Assembly: GCA_016844545.1 (NCBI GenBank)
Contig: JAENJC010000001.1
Span: forward strand, 1-33,472
Length of the DNA stretch: 33,472 nucleotides
Source: Deltaproteobacteria bacterium
GTDB taxonomy: Bacteria > Desulfobacterota > JAENJC01
Direction of reading: 5' to 3'
The position numbers were made by a program, and so were the translations under genes. Below are positions 26,757 through 33,472 of the stretch, piece by piece. Under the pieces are notes generated by a model. It was not told the DNA's origin and made no database searches. It was given only the letters and a program-made list of their open reading frames with translations. The stretch's first letter is position 1, and each line of letters opens with the position of its first letter.

Positions 26757-28093
26757 TTATTCCCCGCTTACTGTAAGTTCCGATATCAGGATAGATGGTG
26801 CGCCTATCTTACCGAAGAACCTGAGGTCATCGCCGAGAGCGGTCACGCTCTTAAGTATGTCTATGATATTTCCGGCTATGGCAACCCCTTTAACAGGATA
26901 GGCCTTTTTACCGTTTTCTATCCAGATCCCGGAAGCGCCTACGGAAAAGTCACCTGATACAGGATTTGCAGTATGCATACCCATTACCTCCGTCACAAAA
27001 AGCCCTGTTCCAGCCTTGCTTAAAAGGGCATCCATGCTTAAACTACCTTTTTCTATATACAGGTTTGTGAGACCGCAGGACGGCGGAGCCTTGATCCCAG
27101 GTCTTACAGCATTTCCGGTTGACTTAACCCTATCCTTTGTTGCCGTGTAGGTGTCATAGAGGTAACCTTTAAGGACACCGGACTGAATCAGGGGTGTCCT
27201 CTGTCTCGGTACACCTTCTCCATCCACTGGAGCGGTCCCAACTCCGCCAGGATAAATGCCGTCGTCAAAGACGTTTAAGATTGCCGAGCCAACGGATACT
27301 CCGATCTTACCGGCGAACAAAGACTTCCCCTTCTGGACCGAATCGGCGATGAAAGATGAGGCGATAACGCTTAAAAAGTCGGTAGCAACGCTGTTTTCAA
27401 GGACAACAGGACACCTTACAGTCTTTATCCGCCTTCCGCCTAGTAATTGAACGGCATTCTCAGCGGCCCTCCTGCCTATACGCTTCACATCAAGGCCGTC
27501 ATAGAATCTAACTGACTCAAAGTCCGAGCCCATCTCAGACTCCGCACCCTCCTCTGCCAGGGCAGATACACTTGCAGAGCAGAATGTTCCTTTGTGGCTG
27601 ACATCGACACCTCTGGAACTCACAATAGCTACACTATATTCTGATTCCGAGTATGCCGCCTTTCTTACCCTTTTAATCCTCCTGTCAAAAGAAAGGGCCG
27701 AATCCTCAAGGGCCTTTGCTCTTTCGATCTTTTCCTCTTCAGGGATTTCCTTCATCCTTGCATCGTATACTGATACAGAAGGGAATGAGCCAACAGCTTC
27801 GGGCAAAATCCTGAACTCGTCAGGGGTGACATGCCTGGAACCCATGGCTGCATCATCCACCATCGCTTTACTGCGTCATTGCTAAAATCGGTACAGTAAG
27901 AAAAACCCTGCCTTCCGTCACTGAAGACCCGTAAAGATGCCCCTGTAGTCTCTGAGGCCTCAAAGGAATCAATCTTCCCCCCTTTGGATTCAATGGAGAG
28001 AGAGCGGCTTAAGTTTATATATATCTCGAACTCCTTTATCCCTTCACTCTTGACCTCGTTAAGGATAAGGTTTTTAATCTCGGTTATTTCCAC
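26757..28093 (-). pseudogene. pmbA: PmbA/TldD-family metalloprotease with a 1-nt frameshift
   Basis: The N-terminal 75 or so aa (ORF 27752-28093: ..SLRVFSDGRQGFSYCTDFSNDAVK) and the remainder (ORF 26757-27863: MVDDAAMGSR..) are collinear with PmbA but offset by one base near 27863-27866. Confidence 0.8.
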
Positions 28094-28112
28094 TTTTACC
28101 TCATTTTGAAAC

Positions 28113-28175
28113 TGATTTACACAGATTATTTATGATTTTAAAAGATATAAAGGTCAGCAAAATCTGTGTAAATCA
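28113..28175. repeat. 15-bp perfect inverted repeat TGATTTACACAGATT ... AATCTGTGTAAATCA with 33-nt AT-rich spacer
   Basis: Read directly between the GNAT stop and the pmbA start. Confidence 0.8.
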
Positions 28176-28245
28176 TATTTTATCCATGTCCATCTGTGTC
28201 TAAGTATTTCTCTTTGCATACTCTGCGCCGCAGTGAAAAACAATT

Positions 28246-28698
28246 TTATAGCTCCATCACCATCGCAATCTCGTCACAATCCGGGAACTTGGAACACTTG
28301 ACGCAGTCTCCCCATATCTTGTGCGGGAGCTGCATCTTGTCTATCTCGTGAAAGCCTAACTTCTCAAAGAAGGCCCGCTGATATGTCAGGGCGAATACCC
28401 TCTTTATCCCGAACTCCCGTGCCTCATCAACGCAGGCCGTTACAAGCTTCTTCCCTATCCCTTTCCTTATATGGCGTTCGGCCACAACGAGGGACCTTAC
28501 CTCAGCCAGGTCGTCCCAGCTTATATGTAGTGCGCAAACGCCGGCTACCTCACCCTCTTCTTCATACACATAAAAGTCCCTGAGGTTGTCGTAAAGCTCA
28601 CTCAGAGAGCGCTGAAGCATCTCACCCTTCTGGGCATATACCTCCACCATCTTCTGGATCTCTTTTACATCACTTATTTTGGCCTTACGTATCACCAC
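28246..28698 (-). CDS. GNAT-family N-acetyltransferase (short ArgA-like)
   Basis: 150 aa. RKGIGKKLV acetyl-CoA motif and a cysteine-rich tail (CVKCSKFPDCDE). GTG start. Confidence 0.8.
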   Translation of the reverse strand: MVIRKAKISDVKEIQKMVEVYAQKGEMLQRSLSELYDNLRDFYVYEEEGEVAGVCALHISWDDLAEVRSLVVAERHIRKGIGKKLVTACVDEAREFGIKRVFALTYQRAFFEKLGFHEIDKMQLPHKIWGDCVKCSKFPDCDEIAMVMEL

Positions 28699-28721
28699 AT
28701 TGAACCCCTGTCAGCAAACTC

Positions 28722-30302
28722 TTAACTCCTAACTAAATTTATCATCTCCTCCGCATGCCTCTTAGTGGCCTCAGTAATGGTCATCCCCCCAAGCATCCTG
28801 GCCACTTCATCAACTCTTTCATCCCAGCTAAGCCGACTCACCGTTGTTGTTGTCCTTCCCTTATTCTCTCCTTTTGAAACGGCATAATGGAGGTCTGCCA
28901 TAGCTGCGATCTGCGCCAGGTGGGTGATGCACAGGACCTGCCTTCCTTCAGCCACCTCCCTGAGCTTCCTTCCCACAATCTCGGCAACGCCTCCGCCAAT
29001 CCCTGAGTCCACTTCGTCGAACACCATGGTAGGAACCCCGGTCGGGTTCGCAAGCATCTTTTTCAGTGCCAGCATGATCCTTGACAATTCGCCTCCTGAT
29101 GCAACTTTTGAAAGGGGCTTTGGCGCTTCCCCAGGGTTTGAAGAGAGGAGGAACTCAACCTTGTCAAATCCCTTTGCAGAGATATCGTTCAACCTCTCCA
29201 TATTGACCTCAAATATCGCCTTTTTCATACCCAGGTCCGAAAGCTCTTTCTCAACCTTATTTTTAAGCTCTACTGAAGCCTTTTTTCTTTTGCCTGATAT
29301 CGACTCGGCAATCTTATACCCTTTGCTCTTTAGACTTTCTACCTCTTTTTCCAGTTCCTCTATCCGCACTTCGGCCTTCTCTATCCCGTCGAGCTCCCTG
29401 TCCACCTCTTCCCTGTATTTCAGTATTTCAGAAACAGTATTCCCATATTTTCTCTTCAACCTCCCTATCAGGTCCAGCCTCTCTTCTATCTCATTAAGCC
29501 TTTCAGGATCAAAGCTGATCCTGCCTACATAATCTCTAAGGGTCAAGGCCGCGTCCTCAATGGATGCTGAGGCAGAGTTTATGGCATCCAGGGTCAATCT
29601 CATCGACTCATCAATAATCGATATATCCGTTACATTTGATCCTGCCTTTTTGATAAGCTCAAGGGCTGAACCAGATTGTGAATAAAGGAGTTCCAGTGCA
29701 GTGTTTGAAGATTCATAGAGTTTCTCAGAATTCGAGAGAAGCTTCCTCTCCTCCAGCAGTTCCTCATCTTCATCCACTTTCAGGGCGGCCTTTTCAATCT
29801 CATCGGACTGGAACCTCAGGAGGTCAACCCTTTTCTCCTTGTCGGCCTCTGACGACTTCAACGACACCAGTTCATCCTTGACCCTGTTCCATTCAGAATA
29901 GATCCCTGACATCTCCTGACGTAAAGGACCCAGGGCGGCATACTCATCAAGGACATCAATGTGCCTTTCAACCTTCATCAAGGTCTGGTGCTCATGCTGA
30001 CCGTGGATATCTACAAGGAACTCCCCTACGTCGGAGAGCATGGCAATAGTGGCCATAGAGCCATTTATAAAGACCTTGTTCTTGACATCCGAGATATCAA
30101 AGGCCGCCTCAACCACCGCTTCTTCGCACCCGGAGCGTATCATCTCTGAAGATGCCCGGCCCCCAAGTACCAGGTCCACTGCGTCAACGATAATAGATTT
30201 CCCAGCCCCCGTCTCACCGGTAAGGACGTTAAAACCCTTTTCGAAGGTTATGTTAAGGGAGTCTATGATGGCGAAATTTTTTATGTTCAGTTCGGTAAGC
30301 AT
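28722..30302 (-). CDS. recN: DNA repair protein RecN (shorter than usual in the N-terminal head)
   Basis: MLTELNIKNFAIID.., GETGAGKS, IHGQHEHQ, a long coiled coil, ASGGELSR and FDEVDSGIGG. Start chosen at 30302; the ORF track extends to 30356. See the finding on the missing segment. Confidence 0.88.
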   Translation of the reverse strand: MLTELNIKNFAIIDSLNITFEKGFNVLTGETGAGKSIIVDAVDLVLGGRASSEMIRSGCEEAVVEAAFDISDVKNKVFINGSMATIAMLSDVGEFLVDIHGQHEHQTLMKVERHIDVLDEYAALGPLRQEMSGIYSEWNRVKDELVSLKSSEADKEKRVDLLRFQSDEIEKAALKVDEDEELLEERKLLSNSEKLYESSNTALELLYSQSGSALELIKKAGSNVTDISIIDESMRLTLDAINSASASIEDAALTLRDYVGRISFDPERLNEIEERLDLIGRLKRKYGNTVSEILKYREEVDRELDGIEKAEVRIEELEKEVESLKSKGYKIAESISGKRKKASVELKNKVEKELSDLGMKKAIFEVNMERLNDISAKGFDKVEFLLSSNPGEAPKPLSKVASGGELSRIMLALKKMLANPTGVPTMVFDEVDSGIGGGVAEIVGRKLREVAEGRQVLCITHLAQIAAMADLHYAVSKGENKGRTTTTVSRLSWDERVDEVARMLGGMTITEATKRHAEEMINLVRS

Positions 30303-30480
30303 TTGCCCTGCAAGACTTATTAAAAGTACATGTTTGCGGAAATAATAACACATCAAGTGGAAGTATCCAATAAGAAAGAGGCCGCCGTGATAAATACAGC
30401 ACTTTCACTTGGAAATACGCTCCTTGATGAAAATCAATGATTGTCATAATAGAATAACAAGATAGGTGAAAGAACGGGAC

Positions 30481-31659
30481 TTACCTTTCAGCCCGACTGA
30501 CCATTGCGATAAAGACAATAAACAACCCTGCTGACAGGCTTGCCGTTATTGCCCCTAAGTAGAATGTTGCAGATGGAGAGACGTGGTCCCAGAGCCAGCC
30601 GCCTATAAGGCTTGCCGGGAACATGGCTATCCCGACAATCGTATTATAGACCCCAAAGGCAGTGGCCTTAAATTCCTGAGGTATGATGCTAGCGAGGAAG
30701 GCCTTCTGTATCCCTTCTGTGAGCCCCATAAAGAGACCATACAAGCCGAAAAGTATCCAGATGGCTGTGGCATCTGATGCGACTGCGAATCCGTAGTAAA
30801 GGATGGCAAACAGGACAAAACCGGTAAGTATCACCCTCTTCTTTCCGAATCTGTCCGCAGCGATTCCGGCTGGTATGGCAGATATGGAGTATACGAGGTT
30901 GAAGAAAAGGTATACAACTGGGATCATAATGGCCGGGATCCCCTTCTGCTCCGCCCTGAGGATCAGGAATACGTCGCTTGAATTTCCTATGGCAAATATG
31001 GTTGCAATGAGGACAAAGAACTTGAACCTCCAGTCAAAATGTTTGAGGGTAAGCTTAGGTTTTTCGGAATGCTCTGCTGTTGGCTTCTTTGTCTCCCTGA
31101 TGAAAAAGATAATCAGGAGGACGGCGATTGCTCCTGGTATAATTGAAAACCAGAAGACCTTACGATAGTCATTGGAAAATATGCCAAGAAGCAAGAATGC
31201 TAAGGCAGGACCGATGACCGCCCCCATCGTATCCATTGAGCGGTGGAAGCTGAAGGCCCTTCCGAGAAACTCTTTTTCTGTAGATTCTGCAATGAGGGCA
31301 TCTCGCGGAGCGGCGCGGATACCCTTCCCGAACCTGTCAAAAAACCTGAAGGCAAATACATGATGCCAGGTTGTGGCAAGTGCAACTATTGGCCTGGTGA
31401 GGGTCGAAAGGCCGTAACCGGCTACCATAAGCCACTTGCGGTTCCCTATCCTGTCTGAGAGATAACCTGAAAAGACCTTTAGTATGCTTGCCGTTGACTC
31501 TGCAATACCTTCAATGAGGCCTATTGCAGATTTGCTGACGCCGAGGGAGTTTGCAAGGAAAAGGGGAACGAGCGGGTATATCATCTCGGAGCTTATGTCC
31601 ATGAAGAAGCTCACAAACCCGCTGACGTATACGTTCCGGCCAAAACCGAAGAGTTTCAT
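30481..31659 (-). CDS. MFS transporter
   Basis: 392 aa, about 12 TM segments, with an MFS loop motif (GYLSDRIGNRK). Confidence 0.85.
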   Translation of the reverse strand: MKLFGFGRNVYVSGFVSFFMDISSEMIYPLVPLFLANSLGVSKSAIGLIEGIAESTASILKVFSGYLSDRIGNRKWLMVAGYGLSTLTRPIVALATTWHHVFAFRFFDRFGKGIRAAPRDALIAESTEKEFLGRAFSFHRSMDTMGAVIGPALAFLLLGIFSNDYRKVFWFSIIPGAIAVLLIIFFIRETKKPTAEHSEKPKLTLKHFDWRFKFFVLIATIFAIGNSSDVFLILRAEQKGIPAIMIPVVYLFFNLVYSISAIPAGIAADRFGKKRVILTGFVLFAILYYGFAVASDATAIWILFGLYGLFMGLTEGIQKAFLASIIPQEFKATAFGVYNTIVGIAMFPASLIGGWLWDHVSPSATFYLGAITASLSAGLFIVFIAMVSRAER

Positions 31660-31764
31660 CTTTGCCCCTATCTCAGGCTGGAATGCTTAAGCTTTTCGTA
31701 AAGGTTCTAGCGATTGATCCTGATTAATATCATAAGAGCAGGCAGGATAGAAGTCAGTCTTTTT

Positions 31765-32616
31765 TTACCTCTCTCCCCACTTGAGCTTTTTACGAATGAC
31801 CTCGTAATAGTTCCTGTAAGGAGACTTGATAAGATGGATCACTGCATCGGCCTTTTTTATCTCGACAATGTCGCCACAATGAAGGGCGGGACCGGCTATC
31901 CCGTCGTGAGTTATAAGGATATCCTCCTTTGAAAGAATAGATATGGTTATAACAGAGTCGTCAGAGACTATTACCGGCCTTTGTGTAAGGGTATGGGGAC
32001 ATATAGGAGTAAGGGTAAAAGCATGGAGGGACGGGTATATGATCGGCCCGCCTGCTGAAAGGGAATAGGCGGTGGATCCGGTTGGGGTGGATACTATAAG
32101 TCCGTCGGCCTTATATGTAGTGACATAATCACCGTTGATCTTTGTCTCCAGGTCTACGATCCTTGCAGTGCTTCCCCTGCTTACAAAGACATCGTTTAAG
32201 ACTTCATATCTGGAAATCTCTATCCTATCTCTGATGACTCTGGCTGAGAGCATTACCCTCTCCTCCGTCTCATACTCCCCTTTCAATACCCTTTCCATTG
32301 CAGGATAAAGCTCATCAATAGTTATCTCAGTGAGAAATCCAAGGCTGCCAAGGTTAACCCCCAGGATCGGGATACCTGTGGCACCAGCAAGTCTTGCAGC
32401 AGCGAGAAGGGTGCCATCTCCGCCCAGAACAAGAAGCATATCGGATTTTGATGCTATCTGGTTCTTTGGGCAGCAACCGGATATTCCCAACAGCGCACCA
32501 AGTTCCTCATCAATAACAGGCTCAATCCCCCTTCCCTTCAGCCATGGGATCAGCTCTTTTGAAACTTCTACAGCCTGGGCCTTGTCTGTTTTTGCGATTA
32601 TCCCTATCCTCTTCAT
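31765..32616 (-). CDS. nadK: NAD kinase
   Basis: MKRIGII.., LVLGGDGTLL, NLGSLGFL, DGLIVSTPTGSTAYSLSAGGPI. The ORF track extends to 32679. Start choice is moderately certain. Confidence 0.9.
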   Translation of the reverse strand: MKRIGIIAKTDKAQAVEVSKELIPWLKGRGIEPVIDEELGALLGISGCCPKNQIASKSDMLLVLGGDGTLLAAARLAGATGIPILGVNLGSLGFLTEITIDELYPAMERVLKGEYETEERVMLSARVIRDRIEISRYEVLNDVFVSRGSTARIVDLETKINGDYVTTYKADGLIVSTPTGSTAYSLSAGGPIIYPSLHAFTLTPICPHTLTQRPVIVSDDSVITISILSKEDILITHDGIAGPALHCGDIVEIKKADAVIHLIKSPYRNYYEVIRKKLKWGER

Positions 32617-32726
32617 ACCCTTATTAATTAGCATAACCGGCACTATTTTGTCCATCAAATTCAGATTGGAAAGGGGCATTCGGTGTGATAGACTAACTCG
32701 AAAGCGGTTTAAACGGTTAATAAGAC

Positions 32727-33472
32727 ATGGAACTATTCAAGGAAAATAAACCTAAAGAGGCATCAGCCCCCCTCGCAGACAGGATGAGACCTCGAAGCCT
32801 TGAAGAATTTGTCGGGCAGGGACATATCGTTGATAAGGGGCGGTTCCTTAGATCTGCCATAGAGGCAGATAAGATCCCATCCCTTATCCTATGGGGTCCT
32901 CCTGGGAGCGGAAAGACTACCCTCGCAAACGTAATTGCAAACGCCACAGGCTCCCGCTTTGTCTTTTTCTCAGCAGTCCTTGAAGGGGTAAAAGAGGTAA
33001 GGGAGATCGTCAAAGAGGCGGAGGTTGAGTTCAGAAAAGGGATAAGGACCATCCTCTTTGTGGACGAGATACACCGCTTCAATAAGGCCCAGCAGGACGC
33101 TTTCCTCCCCCATGTAGAGAAGGGAACCATAACTCTTATTGGGGCCACGACAGAGAACCCCTCATTTGAGGTAAACGCGCCGCTCCTCTCAAGATGCAGG
33201 GTGCTGACACTCAAACCCTTAACAAACAGTGATCTGAAGACCATCCTTAATAAGGCCATAGAAGACAAAGAGCGGGGACTTGGAAACTTTAATCTGTCAG
33301 TTTCCGAAGATGCAGTTGACCACATAGTAAAGGCGTCCCATGGCGACGCCAGAACAGCCCTGACTGCCCTTGAGGTAGCGGCAAACCTTTCTATACCGGA
33401 TGCAGAGGGACAGAGGACAATTGAATTGAAAGATGCCGAAGAGGCATTGCAGAGAAAGGCCCTCTTATACGA
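32727..33472 (+). CDS. rarA: Replication-associated recombination protein A (AAA+ ATPase), 3'-truncated by the window end
   Basis: Not in the ORF track because no stop is reached. My translation from the ATG at 32727 gives MELFKENKPKEASAPLADRMRPRSLEEFVGQGHIV..LILWGPPGSGKTTLA..LFVDEIHRFNKAQQDAFLPHVE.G.ITLIGATTENPSFEV. The 202-aa minus-strand ORF here is its shadow. Confidence 0.88.
   Translation, partial: MELFKENKPKEASAPLADRMRPRSLEEFVGQGHIVDKGRFLRSAIEADKIPSLILWGPPGSGKTTLANVIANATGSRFVFFSAVLEGVKEVREIVKEAEVEFRKGIRTILFVDEIHRFNKAQQDAFLPHVEKGTITLIGATTENPSFEVNAPLLSRCRVLTLKPLTNSDLKTILNKAIEDKERGLGNFNLSVSEDAVDHIVKASHGDARTALTALEVAANLSIPDAEGQRTIELKDAEEALQRKALLY

Noticed and set aside
27855-27875. Programmed ribosomal frameshift in pmbA
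   Set aside because: There is no slippery X_XXY_YYZ heptamer, no SD-like stimulator and no downstream structure at the junction. A mutation or sequencing error is more parsimonious.
30303-30420. SOS/LexA box upstream of recN
   Set aside because: I found no CTGT-N8-ACAG or GAAC-N4-GTTC type dyad. Only a short ACATGT palindrome is present.

Overview
Dense 33.5-kb bacterial chromosomal segment of about 40 genes, mostly housekeeping. No rRNA, tRNA or CRISPR array was seen. The taxon is only a guess from gene content and repeat style: an uncultivated anaerobe of Nitrospirota or Deltaproteobacteria type.

Gene order, left to right:
- hicA-hicB toxin-antitoxin pair.
- trpD-trpC plus a decayed trpF.
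- A minus-strand unit: SPOR protein, helical-repeat protein, MglA-type GTPase with a roughly 145-aa C-terminal extension, disrupted mogA, folC.
- A polytopic permease.
- surA-like, queD, folE2.
- nfeD, a DUF4124-like gene, then stomatin and a POTRA-less Omp85-like barrel.
- PHP phosphoesterase, folD, a SAM methyltransferase.
- A minus-strand block spoIID-queA-tgt-yajC-secD-secF-recJ.
- Frameshifted pmbA, a GNAT, a short recN, an MFS transporter, nadK, and a partial rarA not in the ORF track.

Most interesting region: a visibly AT-richer islet at about 12.13-13.77 kb that splits the normally adjacent nfeD and stomatin genes. It carries two things.
1. An orphan 176-aa ORF with an Rx4H (HEPN-like) motif. 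It is bounded like an integron gene cassette: GTTATGT at its 5' end, and ACATAAC, a 99-nt imperfect hairpin and GTTAGAA at its 3' end. No integrase is in the window.
2. A REP-associated tyrosine transposase bracketed by 32-bp inverted GTAG-REPs.

Other points:
- An MglA orthologue with an extension and no MglB nearby.
- At least three families of small palindromic repeats. One, GTAGGGG..CCCCTAC, punctuates the queA-secF block and also lies inside trpF.
- An unusual load of lesions in core genes: trpF, mogA, pmbA and recN. These are either real decay or assembly artefacts.
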